A stretch of DNA of 64,000 bases from Octopus vulgaris (GCA_951406725.2 OX597827.1:25358001-25422000); one strand, 5' to 3'; shown: positions 41,645-55,465, counted from the stretch's first letter. The notes: generated by a model from the letters alone, not told the origin. A program made the numbers and translations.

Positions 41645-43552
41645 TAGATCAATAAATGGTGGGGTTGTGTTGACCGCACGTGGAGAAACGATAAGTAAGG
41701 AAAAATTTTTTTAAAAATGCAGAATGCTCAAATGAAAGAAAATTTTAATAAAATGAGAAATTGATAAAATATATAAATATATATTTATTCAACCGGTTTT
41801 CGTCATTGTATGACTTGTCAAGAATATTTATGTTTTAAAAAGTTTTTTTAAAAATTAGAAAGGGGAAAAAAAGAAAATTGCATTGTTTTTTGCAAAAGAA
41901 TAATGATAAAAATGTACAAAAATTAAAAAATAAGTACTCCGATACATTGTGAGTTCGTTGTGTATCTTGAGTTTTATGATTGTTCACGAAAAAATTACCT
42001 TGAGGTGTTAAGATCCAAAGGGATTAAGAGCATGTGTTGTTTGGTTTAATTCAGCATGTTGGCAGGACAGGAAGTAGTAGTAATTGTGGTTCTTCAGTTC
42101 CTGTGTTGTGAGTAAGGGGAGACAACTCTTTTGAGTTCTTCAATAAGGGCTGTTGGTAAACCCAAATTATAAAATTATCATTTTAGCTTCATTTGCGTTA
42201 TCTTTTTTATATAATTGCTTGTTAACTTAACTTTCAGATTTTAACACTTTATTTATATTATTTTCTAATTATATAAATCTGCATAGACAATTGCATTTCA
42301 AATTGTCATATCATTTATAATAAAAATGATAGTAATAACAACAATAGTAAAAATGATATTTAAAGAATATAAGTTTTAGCTTGAAGTGATGAATACATGG
42401 TATCTTTATATATTTGTGTTAGTCCATCCATGAAGAGTGAGGTAGAAAAAGGAAGTTTGATCAACGAGGAGTTTGCATATTAAGTTGTGTTTGGAATTTT
42501 TCAATAAAGAGATTCTCCTTGTTAATTCTCTCCTGTGTGGTGATCCCGTCTTTACATTGGTAGAAGGGGAATATATAGAATTTGGGGTTTAAGTCTTTAG
42601 CACATGAGTCTAAGTGGTCACTCAGTGGAATTTGTCGGTATTCCGGGAGATTTATTTGTTCTTTATGCACCGTTACTCGTTTACGTAACGGGAGACTCGT
42701 TTGTCCAACATAATTATGTTGGCAACCAGCGCATGTGAGAACGTAGATAAGGTTCTTGGAGGAACAGGAGAAGTTAGTCTTGATTTTAAACTTCGTACCT
42801 TGTTTGAAGGTAAATTCAGAGCCTTCAAGTAGAAAGGGGCAGGTACCACAGTTTGAGCGTGCACATTTTTTTACTGTTGGGGGTGGATGTGGTGTGTGAA
42901 GTTTGGCATTTGTCAAGAGTTTTTTTAAAGATTTGTGTTGCCTTTTACATTTGAGGATTTTGTGTGTATTTATAATGTTTTTCATTTTTGGGTCTGTTGA
43001 CAGTAGACTGAGGTTTTGTATGATTGTGGTGTATGCTTCGATATTTTTGGGGTTGTGGGTGGAAATGTATGGAAGTATTTTGAGGTTGTGTTTGGTGTTA
43101 GGTTGGGTGGTTTTCAGTGTAGTGTTGTCTAGTTCTTTGGCGAGTTTTATTCCATACTCTATAAGGGTGGAGGGATATTGACGTTGTAATAGTGTTTTTT
43201 TGAGGTCTTGAAGGCGTATTTCTCGTGATTTTGGATCCGAGACAATGGTGCATACCCTTTTAGCTAAATTGAAAGGGATATTTGTCTTGGTGTGTTTTGG
43301 GTGGCATGAACTAAAGAGGAGGTATTGTTGTGAGTCTGTAGGTTTGTGGTAGATGTCTGTTATGATTTGGTTCTTAGGTGTTTTTATAATTAGGAGATCA
43401 AGGAATGGGAGATGATGTTTGCTTCATTCCATAGTGAATTGGATGTTGGGATGTATGTTGTTTAGTATGGTTTTGAATTCCAGGAGTTTTTCATAAGGTT
43501 CTTTCCAACTGGAAAAGGTATTTAGATGATTGTTTCATCATATGGAATTTAG
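41645..43552 (-). mobile_element. 5'-truncated Penelope-like element (Neptune-type Cys linker): RT C-terminus, GIY-YIG, 3' region with HHR; 5' ~60 bp inverted
   Basis: One frame 43490-42461: LNNIHPNIQFTME*SKHHLPFLDL..DIYHKPTDSQQYLLFSSCHP..CARSNCGTC..NLIYVLTCAGCQHNYVGQT..LRKRVTVHK. + strand 43507-43551 reads NWKRYLDDCFIIWNL. 3' end abuts (TA)n. Confidence 0.92.
41786..41826 (-). ncRNA. HHR motif in the Penelope 3' region, U3-A8 variant with one extra A
   Basis: tattc-TTGACAA-gtca tacaa tgac-GAAA(A)C-CG-GTT-gaata. Confidence 0.65.
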
Positions 43553-43579
43553 TTGCATATTTGCTACCACTACCAACTG

Positions 43580-43647
<68 letters not shown>

Positions 43648-43668
43648 GTTGCTGCTGCTGCTGCTGCA

Positions 43669-43723
<55 letters not shown>

Positions 43724-44199
43724 GTAGTTGTTTCATCAGTCTTCTCCAACATTAAAATGTAACAATGTTGGCCACTCCATAGACACGTGTCCCCTTTACG
43801 CATTTCTCAGGTATAACCAGCACGACATAATGAGTAACAAGTATGAATGTTTGGAATTACAACTACAGTCTGTTCGATTGGCTTCTTTCAGTAAAATTTC
43901 CATTTACTCACAAACTATGGGTCGACTCGTGTCCACTGGAAATAGCATTTGAGCAAGATGACAAGAAGTGAAATCCGAAGTAGAATTAACACATGCTTCA
44001 TAAAGTGACACAATATAACCTCACGGTTATAAATATAACTCAATTTTTCCTTTATACATTATGTACAGTGGTTATATATGTTCTTCAAATTTCGTAAGGT
44101 TTTATACTATCAAATTTGTGTATTTCTGCGATATGTCTATCATCATGGAATATTACTATTATAACGGCCAACCCCATTTTATCTGGGGAAACCTATTTC

Positions 44200-44505
44200 T
44201 AGCCTGGCACTCAGTCACGGGTTCCGGTTGATCCTATGAACGGAGAGCCTGTTCGTGAAATTAACATGTTAGTGGTTCAGCACTTCTCAGATATGCGTAC
44301 CCTTAACGTAGTTCTTAGGGAAATTCAGTGAGACACAGAATGCGAGATGGCTGGTCCTTTGAAATATAGGGGCTACTCATTCTTAGCCAGCTTACTGTAC
44401 TGGAGCAACGTGAAATAAAACGTCTTGATGAAGGATACCGCCGCGTATCGAACTCACGACCTTACAATCATGAGCTGAATACGTTAACCATTAAGCCACG
44501 CGTCT
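44200..44505. mobile_element. SINE-type repeat(s) related to 1-170, with a tRNA-like head on the minus strand at ~44440-44500
   Basis: Homology to the window start; minus strand tggcttaatgg (A box) and gttcgatac (B box). Confidence 0.55.
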
Positions 44506-46221
44506 TCACCTTTAGTGAGCATAACAACAAAGACACAAATTGTGCCGTCAAGAAATTAAACCGAATGACTATTGATGGTTGGAAAGCAAGACATAATCCA
44601 TAGTTACTGAAGCGATTTCCCATTTTATTAGTATTACTAGCCCTGAGGCGGCGAGCTGGCAGAATCGTTAGCACGCAGGGCGAAATGCGTAGCCATATTT
44701 CGCCTGCCGTTACGTTCTGAGTTCAAATTGTGTTTAGAGCATACAGGATTACTATTACTGGTCCTTGATAGAAGCAAAAATCATGGTGTTGTTTCAGCGA
44801 ATATGGATGTTTTTCTGTTTTTCTTTTCAGTCGTTGAATTAAAATCAAATCAAATGAAACAAGATTTGATAAAATAAGTGCTACTTTTAGTCTTGAGAAA
44901 GAAACGATGAAGAACTGAAGAGAATGGATCCTAGTTCCTAAATTGCAATCCATTTCGTCATTAAGTGTTAATGTACTATAGATAAATATACGTGTAAAAA
45001 AAAAAGATTTCTGAATTTCAACTTCAACGTGCACTTTTAGCAACTTCAAAGACAGCAAATTCCGCTAATTGATTCTGGTAAACAACATAAATTCCATTTT
45101 GATTTGCCTTTAATTCTATGCTTTATATATTTGTATATATTTTCTCATTTTATGAAGAGTGTGTTAATTTTACTTCAGAAATGTTAATCAGAATTTTCAA
45201 ACAGTTGAATTGCTGCTAATTAAATAAATAAAGTGCAAATATAGATTAGAATGAAGCCAACGAGAGAACCTCATTGGGATTGGCTAATTTGCTGAAAACA
45301 GCAGCCATACTTGTGTAAAATCACACCAGACGGTTATCAAAAAGGGGAAGAACAACATTTTGACTTATGTGATCCTGGATATAAATGTCAAATATCAGGA
45401 ATTAAAGACAGGATGATCAAGTCTGGAACGCCATTGAATATAGTCCAATCTGTTTAACCAGAGCTGTAACGAGGATCGAAAACCACTGTTATTTGTTTAT
45501 AACTTATCTCACTTTAACTTCCAATTTCTTCTTTCTGTAGAGTAGCTTTCACTAAATTTTAAGTCATCGTGCCTTCTGAAAGGTTTCCATTTCATATCTG
45601 GCTGCAGGCAGTTAACAATATTTATTTTTTAAAAGTAGAGCTGAGGGAAAGTAATTGGAGACGAGCGTTCTTAATACTAAATACACCTCTAGATTCTCAG
45701 ATAAGTAATATAGTTTGTTGAAAACTAACTACGATCAACTAACATTATGCAATTTGTAAATAAAAACTACCCGATTGACAGTCTTATGTGACACTCTATC
45801 CAATATTCATTTCTTGCTTGAGATTAAATCATCAAATCTGAAGGTGAGGCATATAGAGGGCTACATCGGGCTCCGATTTAATACACTTAGCTATGGAGGT
45901 GTGTTGGCAGAACCGTTAGCACACCAGGAAAAAATACTTACTGGCTTTTCGTCTGTTTTCAAGTCCTGAGTTCAAACTCCGCCGATGTCGACTTTGCCTT
46001 TCATCCTTTTGTTGTCGATAACATAGGTACCAGTTGCGTACTGGTGTCGATCTAATCGTTTTTCTCCCTCCTCCGTAATTGTTCACCGTGTGCCAAAATT
46101 TAAAATCAATATAACGCGCAATTTCTTCATCAATCGAACCCCAGATAAAGATTAATTAAAAGTTCAGTTTGCCCATCCTCACAAATCCTTATTTGTTCTA
46201 TATTTAACAGATGAGGAATTC

Positions 46222-46626
46222 TCTTTACTCTTTACTTATTTACTCTCTTACTTGTTTCAGTCATGTAACTGCGGCCATGCTGGAGCACCGCCTTTAGTCG
46301 AGCAAATCGACCCCAGCACTTATTCTTTGGAAGCCTAGTACATATTCTATCGGTTTCTTTTGCCGAACCGCTAAGTTACGGGGACGTAAACACACCAGCA
46401 TCGGTTATCAAGCGATGTTGGGATGACAAACACAGACATAAAGCATATAGACACATACATATATATACGACGGGTTCTTTCAGTTTCCGTCTACCAAATC
46501 CACTCACAAGGCTTTGGTCGGCCCGAGGCTATTGAAGGCGCTTGCCCAAGATGCCACGCAGTGGGACTGAACCCGGAACCATGTGGTTGGTAAGCAAGCT
46601 ACTTACCACACTGACACTCCTGCGCC
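46222..46626 (-). mobile_element. Full-length SINE family A; head duplicated at 46697-46788
   Basis: tRNA-like head, central microsatellite, tail ...gaaacaagtaagagag. Confidence 0.85.
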
Positions 46627-46799
46627 TATCTGTTGAGAGATTATCAGTAACTTTTGTAATTCAACTCCCCCTACACACAAAACTTAACTGTTATTGAGAC
46701 ACTTGCCCAAGGTGCCACGCAATGGGACTGAACCCGGAACCATGTGGTTGGTAAGCAAGCTACTTACCACACAGCCACTCCTGCACCTATATGTACAGT

Positions 46800-47360
46800 T
46801 ATTTCTCTGAGAAGAGAATATGACCAAAGACTACGTGTACTCCATCCCATGCAGCAGTGACAGTTTACGCAAAGTCGAAACATGCCGCCCCCTCAAAATA
46901 AGGGTAGAGGAACATCGCAAAGTTGTGACACAAGGAGATATTGATAAATCAGGTATAGCTGATCATGTACGGAAAAATGGAGACCACCTCCCCCTGTAGG
47001 ATGAAGTTAAAATGATAGACAGAGAACACTACAGGAAAATACAAGAACTAAAAGAAGCAGCACATATGCTAGGACATAACAACCTCCTGAGCAGACCAAG
47101 TGCAGATATGAGCAGCATATGGGAGCCGGTATTAAGGAATGATAGAAGAATATTAGAATTATAAGCCCTAAAATTCACTCCATTATTGCTTATGGGTATA
47201 TGGCGTAGTGGTTAAGAGCGCGGGCTACTAGCCCCAAGATTCCGCGTTCGATTCCAGCCATCACCTGGACAATAATATCGAAAAATACCTTAGAAATAAG
47301 AACCCATGTTCGAAATCTCTCCAAGACGTCTGATGGAGGGTATATCAGCCGAAACGTTGT
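46800..47360 (+). mobile_element. Penelope (Poseidon-like) 3' fragment: GIY-YIG, tRNA-like box, degenerate HHR
   Basis: 46820-47164 translates VYSIPCSS..KVETCRPLKIRVEEHRK..KSGIADHV..PL*DEVKMIDRE..LKEAAHM..SSIWEPVL. A box tggcgtagtgg at 47201-47211, B box gttcgattcc at 47246-47255, CTGATG..cagcc GAAAC GTT at 47330-47358. Confidence 0.85.
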
Positions 47361-48499
47361 TGCCCATCCTCATAAATTCTTAATAAGTGTTGTTGGCATT
47401 TTACAACCTACCTGGTAAATCTTGGTCTAGCAGACTTATAAACCAAAATCTTTGCCATGACAAATTCCCATTTTTTTTTTCTGCGAACGCGCTGTGTCTA
47501 GGATATAATCTCGCTTCGGCTCCCTTTTGCTGTCTTAACAGTACATATCAGTAGGGAAGTTTGGCTGGTGTTTCTAGCAATTCGAGGGTTTGGATAGAGA
47601 CCATTGTAGTTTATCTTTCGGTGATTAAATAATAATAATTCTCATTATGAAACGCAGTATCGTTGAATTGACAGTAGTCATCTCCGCACAGTTAGGAAAA
47701 CCGCTTCACAACCCCTGACTTGGGAGTTCGAGAAAAATCTACTTTACAGTCTAGGTATCAGGGCAGTATTTGAAGAGGAAGGGAAAATGATTGAAGAGGT
47801 GGCGAATAGCGAAGAAAGGATTAGAAAAAAAACCCAAAAAAACAACCGATTCATTGTTTAACGAACACATTAAGCAAACGATCGTTTAGTTCGTGATATT
47901 GAACCAGTGCGTGTGTTGTTATTATCGAAGGAATGACCCCACCCCCCAAGATACAACAAGATTTCTTTTAACACAGGAATTCACATCTAGAATCTTGCAT
48001 TTCAAACACAATAGTGAACTATCAATATTTACTTTTAAACAGAAATATCTTTGCTAACCGAAGAAGAAGTTCGGCGAGATTTTAGCGCCAAAGGCTGGCA
48101 AAAATTGAAAAATATCGAGAAATTTATTTTTTATTTTCCAATGAAATCTGGTCTGGTGATGATTTAGAAGTTTCCCTAAGGCGACTGAATCTCATTCACT
48201 AGGAAGTTGCAAAAAAAAACAATGTTACTGCCTGCATTTAAAACCTTCGTCCTCATCCTCCTCCTCTACAGGATTCTATCGCGATAAATTTTGTTTAAAT
48301 GTTTATTTTTACCCCTGATATGCCAGCATGAATAACGAGATGCTTGTAGAGAATGAAGTATTATAGTGTTTATGTGTACTACAAGAAATGCCGCTGGTAT
48401 TAGAAAAGCAACAGGTTTCAAACGAGAATAGAAATTGCTCTGCACATTTAGTTCACAGAGGGAATAAAAAAACACAAGTGTCCTATAAATATTGGTCTC

Positions 48500-49060
48500 A
48501 AAATTTGGCACAAAGCCAGCAAATTCAAACGAGTGAATGATTGGGCGGAATTACAACTCAGAACGGAAGGAAGGGCGAAATGCCGCTAAGCATTTTGCCT
48601 GTGTGTTAACGATTCGGCCAGCTCACCGCCTTAAATGGCCTATGAATATTGATTTCAAATGTTTAGCACAAGACCAGCAATTTTGGTGAGGGGGTAAGTC
48701 GATTACATCGACCTCAGAATTTAACTGGTACCTGTTTTTTCGACCCCTAAAGGAGTGAAAAGCAAAGTCAGCCTCCCCAGAATTAGAACTCAGAACGTAA
48801 AGTCGGACGAAATGCAGCTAAGCATTTTGCTCGGCGTGCTGAAAGCGGTCTATAAATAGAATCATTAACGCGCTGGACGAAATGTTTAGCGGTATTTCGT
48901 CTGTCACAACGTTGTGAGTGCAAATTCCGCCGAGGTCGACTTTACCTTTCATCCTTCCGAGGTCGATGAATTAAATACCAGTAAAACACTGGGGTCGATA
49001 TAATTGATTATCCCCTCCCTCATATTTCAGGCCTTGTGCCTATAGTAGAAAGGATTATTT
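48500..49060. mobile_element. Cluster of three SINE B copies (two minus, one plus)
   Basis: Homology to 52787-53000. Confidence 0.75.
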
Positions 49061-51136
49061 AAACAAGGGGTTAAGCGTGTGTCTTAAAATGTCAATATTA
49101 AAAGTGGCAGAAAGTTCGATTCACTTTAGTTTATGTTATAAATTATTAATTTTAAACCAATCTTCACTAATACAGACATTGTGTACCGTTAGTATCTTTA
49201 GCTTGTGTGTCTAATATGGGAATGGAAGTCCCTTATTTTTGGCTCAAGTCGCGAAAATATGGGGCCTTTTGCCCTATTGAAAAGAAATACATACATAACT
49301 GATTTTCATAATTCTTCTGTAGGCCTCAAAATTTATATACGCTTCTGAAGTTTCCGAAAAAGGAATTATTGTAACCCAATTGCAGCCCATGATCTATTGA
49401 AAGTCGGAGAATTGGTACATGTGTGAGGAATTTTAAAATAGAATTTTAGTAGTAAGAATTTTTAAATAATAAATAATTGGAAACTAAAAATAAAACTATT
49501 CACACTTTGCTGAACATTGAGGTTGATTCGTGTTGTTCGACTAAAATAGACGAACATTTATGCTGATGATATCACTCGAAACTACTGTTTCAATAAAGCA
49601 TTTATAGGAAACGAAACACATTGTTGTAAATAATGGGAGAGAAAGAGAAAAGAAAGAAAATGAAACAAAAACAAAATATTAAAAAAAGGAAAGAAAAGAG
49701 GACGTGATATAGCGTGGATAAAGAGAGGCTGTGGGATACAGAGCGTGTATGATATTTAAATTTTATTTGCATCTGCAAATAAACACGCTGTGTGGAACGA
49801 TGTGGTGAAGTGCACGGCCGCCTGCGGTGCTTGAAACCTGTTAATGTGATGATGGAGTGCAAAATAAATGCTAAGTACAAAACCTTAAAACATTAAAAAC
49901 GAACGAAATAAGAAACTATGAACACAAAACAGACACAAAAAACACTAAACAATACATACATACATGTATATATATATATATATGAAAGAGAGAGAGAGAG
50001 AGAATTATATTTTAAACGAGGTTCAAAACGAATGAAATACATTTTCTTTTCGTTTATTTTTTTCGTGCTAATAAATTTGGCATTCCTCATTGAGGAGAAA
50101 TTTAATGTGGTACTGGAATTATAAATAATGAAGCAAGCAGCTGTTTTATGCCCATTTCCATCATTGGCTTTTGTTTGCTGACATTAAAGTGCTTTATTTT
50201 GAAAATGGAGGTCTGAGAAATGATGGGTGATCAGAGAAATCTTTGGGTTGACAAAACAAACTAAATGTTCCTTTGACATTATTGCATGCTGCGCCATGTT
50301 GATGGAAGTGAGTCACGATTTACCTTGTTTCATTGTGAGCAACATTTAAAAAAAAATTATGTAATGCCTATTCAGAAGTACCAAACTTGTGATTGGCTGT
50401 ATGTAAGGAAAATAACCTTTTGCACACATACAGGAATGTATGCATGCGTACAAATACGACACACACACACACACACACACACGCACTCACGCACTCAGAC
50501 ACGCACACTCATATATATATATATATATATATATATAAGGCATTAGCAGAAACCCGGCGTTGCTTTGGCTAAAATTTAGTTAGAAATCAAAAGATACTCG
50601 CTTTCATGGAACACTGACATTTCTCATAAAAAGGCATCGTTCATATTAGAAATGAAATTGTTTTCCACTACATGTGTAGCAGTTGGGCATGCAGTGCATT
50701 GTGTTACTGACTGATGCTCATTATCTCAAGTGTATTTTGTAAATTAATTGCGTAAATAACACATGTCTAATTCTAACATTTCAAATAGGATCAATGAGTG
50801 ACGTATATGTAAAATATATTTATAATTTTATTTCGTTTTGGTATTTGGTTTGTAAGATTCCTTATATGAGTTCGTGTGTTGAAGCATATTCTGTTGTGTC
50901 TGGGGAGAGTCATTTTCTTTTTGTGCCTTATTATGTAACACGCTCACCGCTAAAATTTTCACTTTTTTCTTATTTTTATTGTCTTAAAATTTTCGTTGCG
51001 TCTTGCAACCTTTTCAATAGTTTTATAATATTCAAAAGCTATTCACGGAAATTGAACCTTTTTTATCATATGTGGTTGTTAGAATAGGTAGAAGAAACCG
51101 AAACGCTTGAGTATTGGAGCATATCTCGCTCTCTGT

Positions 51137-51814
51137 TAGTGGTTCTCAGCCGGTGCCCATATGACCCTTAGGGGTCCGTATGATCTTTAGGGTCCATATA
51201 TGACTTTATTGTGAAAGATTATGTGAAATAAATTCGTCATACATCAACAAAAGACAATATTTCAACGACTTTTTTAGCAGTTCTTAATAATATTTAAGTA
51301 TAAATATACTCTTTTATTCTTTTAATTGTTTCAGTCATTTGACTGCGGCCATGTTGAAGCACCGCCTTTAGTCGAACAAATCGACCCCAGGACTTATTCT
51401 TTGTGAGCCTAGTACTTATCCTATCAGTCTCTTTTGCCGAACGGGGGCGTAAACACACCAACGTTAGTTGTCAAGCGATGATGGGAGGGACAAACACAGG
51501 CACACAAACATACACACATATATATATTCACACACACACACATATATATATTCGGCGGCATTCTTTCAGTTTCCGTCTACCATATCCATTCACAAGACTT
51601 TTGTCGACCCGAGGGTATATTAGAAGACACTGGCGCAAGGTTCCACGCAGTGGGACTGAACCCGGAACCATGTGGTTGGTAAGCAAGCTACTAACCACAC
51701 AGCCATGCCTTAGCCTATGATAGGATTTTTTTAAAACCTCGAACGGTTATGGAGGCACGGTAGATTAAAATAATAACGAACGGTGTCCATGGGCAAAAAG
51801 GTTGAGAAACACTA
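51137..51814. mobile_element. hAT-like MITE (tagtggttctcagcc / ggttgagaaacacta) with nested SINE A (51312-51710, minus)
   Basis: Imperfect 15-bp TIRs resembling CAGTGGTTCTCAACC-type ends; no clean TSD seen. Confidence 0.55.
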
Positions 51815-52786
51815 CTGTAGTTGATGCAGTGTTAGAGGTTGACTCCTCGAAGATTCGAAAAGGAACTCGAGTCTCGCATTTGATAGAGAAAAATTTCCAG
51901 AAAGACGCATTCCTACCGAATGGTGTTTAGAGCATAAACACTCTTTTAATAACACTGTCAAAACTTCTATCAGGTTGGACTTTGATAGAGGCGCTGTTCT
52001 TTGTTTCGTCTCTTGCGTTTAATCATCTTTGTATACTAGGGTGGACCCTGAGAGTACAACAATGGGAAATACTAGAGAATCTAAAAGTCCAAAGACACCT
52101 ATTGTCGAGAATCAACTCCACAATCCTATCTTAGTTTGGACATACAATGCGGTACCACTCACTGTCCAAAACCTTCATGACAAGAAGTGCTGAGATGAAG
52201 ATATTTAGAAGCTGTCAGAGATGTGTTTAGGGCTGGCGATTTTAAAGAATGAGCAGCGAGCTAGCAGACATATTAGTAAAGACGAGCGAAATGCTTATTG
52301 GCATTTCGCTCGTCTTTACGTTCTGAGTTCAAATTCCGTCGAAGTTGACTTTGTATTTTATCCTTTCGGGGTCAATAAGTTAAGTATAAGTTGAACCCTG
52401 GGGACGATGTCATCGACTTAATACTTACACCGAAACTGCTTGACTTGTGCCAAAATTTGAAACTCACTTTAAAAAAATGGACCGGAATCAAGAGCCTGGC
52501 TGATCGTATGTATGCAGTACAACACAGTGGAAACTGGAGATTCTTCGCAAGTCGACCCCTGGATACAGCGAGGGCACCTGACTTATGATTTAACGAACAG
52601 GAATAATGTGCAAATGACATTTAGTGTTGTGAGCACAGTCTCGTTAAATATTCATTTATACGAAGGCATAGAGGTTGGTTGTAAAATATTTCAAATATCT
52701 TTATAGTGTAGCTCGTCGTTGATGCTGCTCTTCTTCAGTCGTAGTTGCCGTGGATATGATAGATGTTGTTATTGAGATCAAGGTTA

Positions 52787-53000
52787 AGGCGGCGAGCTGG
52801 CAGAAACGTTAGCACGCCGGGCGAAATGCTTAGCGGTATTTCATCTGTCTTAATGTTCTGAGTTCAAATTCCGCTCAGGTCCACTTTATCTTTTACCCTT
52901 TCGGAGTCGATAAATTAAGCACCAGCTGCGTACTGGGGCCGATCTAATCGACTGCCCCCCCTAAAATTACGGGCCTTGTGCCTAGAATAGAAAAGAATAT
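52787..53000 (+). mobile_element. Full-length SINE family B
   Basis: aaggcggcgagctggcagaaacgttagcacgccgggcgaaatgc..gagttcaaattcc..ggagtcgataaattaagcaccag. Confidence 0.85.
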
Positions 53001-53220
53001 TTAGATCAGGATTAGTCCTGGATATATCTGTTTAGTTTTCCAGCTTTTATTATTTAAACAAAAATTCAAACAAGCGTAGCTACATGGTAGGATGTTTCGT
53101 TCTCAACCACACGGTAGAGGGTTCAGTGTCCCACTGCATGGCATCGTGGGTAAGTGTCGTTTACTATGGACTATGGACTCGGGCCGACCAAAGCCCTGTG
53201 AATGAATTGGTCGAAGCGCG

Positions 53221-53276
<56 letters not shown>

Positions 53277-53284
53277 TATAAACG

Positions 53285-53820
53285 CGTAGGCGTGGCTGTG
53301 TAGTAAGAAGCTTGCTTCCCAACCATATGGTTCCGGGTTCAGTCCCACTATATGGCACCTTGGGCAAATGTCTTCTACTATACCTTCCAGCCTACCAGAG
53401 CTTTGTGAGTGGATTTGGCCGATACACTCACACACACACACACATACATACACACACACATATACACACACATATGTATGTAGCGATTTCTCTCTGTTTA
53501 TTTTCTTTTATTCCTTTCTGTTAAAGAGCGTAGCCTCGAAACATAAAAGACTTTTTCATTTTCCAAAGCGTCAAACTAATACGATTGCTTGTTGGTCATA
53601 CACCTGTCTTTGTCTTGTGTTTTTGTATAAAATGCCACTGTATATGTATGTATATATTTGTGTGTCTGTGTTTGTTTAACTTAGTGATTCGGCAAAAGAG
53701 ACTAATAGAATAATACAAGGCTTACAATGAATAAGTCCTGGGGTCAATTTGTTCGACTAAAGGCGGCGCTCCAGCATGGCCGCAGTAAAATGACTAAAAG
53801 AAGTAAAAGAGTTAGAAAAA
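53285..53820 (+). mobile_element. SINE A whose central microsatellite contains an HHR-like element (53480-53640)
   Basis: SINE head and tail are separated by ccttt-CTGTTAA-a gag cgtagc ctc-GAAAC-ATA-aaaga, same family as 2460-2645. Confidence 0.7.
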
Positions 53821-54732
53821 AAGAATAGAAAGTGATTTGAGAGGAGTTTAGCTGTTTCTTAGCAATACGAGTGCCCATGTAGAAGGTACCATTTTTGTTG
53901 CTGTTTTTAATCAAACTATTGTAGCTCTCAAACGTAATGTTGCTATGATAATCTTATCCGTTTTTTAGATGAAGTACATGTAGGACTGCATTACGTAATG
54001 TTTGCGTCCAAAAAAGAGAAAAAAAAGAAAAATGATAGTGCGTGGGTTGGGATTTGTCGCAGGTTAACTGAACACGTTGAAGCTAGCTTGGAGAGCTGAT
54101 GTGTAAATAAGGTAAAAGTAGGAGGCGCTGATGTTCTGTTCGCTTAACAATAATAGCAATTACAGTATAGCAAGTGGGGAACAGGTTTAAGACTTTGTAC
54201 CTCCTGCAACGTGTTAAGTTTGTGTTTCTTTGAATCGAGCATTAATTAAAACATTGCAGGAAAGGATGTCAAGAAGGAAGGTATTATATTGGAAAAGTTG
54301 TTAGGGTTATCTTTAATTAATTTCACTAATTATAATGATAATTCATCATAGTTCTGAAAAGCATCGATAAATGCTTTCATTAGCGTAGTTCACTTCGACC
54401 GAAATTTGTCATAAATCAATCAGCGATCATGTGTTCTAGTTAATGACCCGTGAACCGAAGCCATTATCGTTACTAATGGGATAAATTGTACGACTAAAAG
54501 TGGTTTGATCTCTAAGCTGAAAGCTTTCAATTCAACTTCTGTCAGTTTTCAACCCTTAAACCGAAAGTCTTTAATCCAGAAATCTCTCTCCATATACAAC
54601 AATATACTTATGTTTATACTGACGCAAGAACAACACACATTCACGCACCGGAACATACACCGAAAGATACATACGAACCCATGCGATCACACACAAATAT
54701 ACATCGACATACACCCAAACACCTCACCCAAC

Positions 54733-54768
<36 letters not shown>

Positions 54769-55134
54769 AGACATGCGCGTGTCAATGCATGTACATACCT
54801 CAAGTGTTCACATGAATATAGTGTTGCGTAGAATGTCCATGCAATCGATATGTAAGTTAGCTTTATTCAACTATGTGATATATGAAAGCACCAAAATCCT
54901 ATGTAATTTCCTATTGGATAATACTCCGTCTCAACCAGCTTCAAAGAAAATCAGCAATTACACTCTAGAACAAATGTCGTCGAATATCTTCAACAATATT
55001 AGTAATTGATTTTACATCACATGACCATAACTAAGCTATGATATATATGTGAGTGTATATATATATATATATGATATGCATGTCTGTGCGCATATGCATC
55101 TATATATATGCATGTGTGTACGTATGTATGTATC

Positions 55135-55170
<36 letters not shown>

Positions 55171-55465
55171 CACACATATACACATATATACATGAATACA
55201 TCACAAAGTAAGAGTAAGAGCAGGATGTAGCGGACTGAGAAAAAGCATACTTATTGATGAAATGTATGTATAGGTGTCTGTTCGAATCTTTACAACACCT
55301 GATCCCTTTTTCTCTTGTTAATTATAACACACACGCACACACGCATACAGTGAGAAAGATGGAGGGAGGAAGAGAGAGAAAGAGTGAGAGTGAGAGAGAG
55401 AGAGATAGGAAGTGACATATATATATATATATATACACATATATATATACATATACATATATATA

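Noticed and set aside
47194-47258. Possible tRNA gene
   Set aside because: A and B boxes are present but the acceptor and anticodon stems are incomplete; treated as a tRNA-derived head.
49560-49595. CTGATGA-tatcactc-GAAAC
   Set aside because: Stem II and stem I cannot pair; probably a chance match.
50543-50820. Helitron-like 5' end (tagcagaaacccggcgttgc)
   Set aside because: No recognisable 3' hairpin or CTAG terminus; too little evidence.
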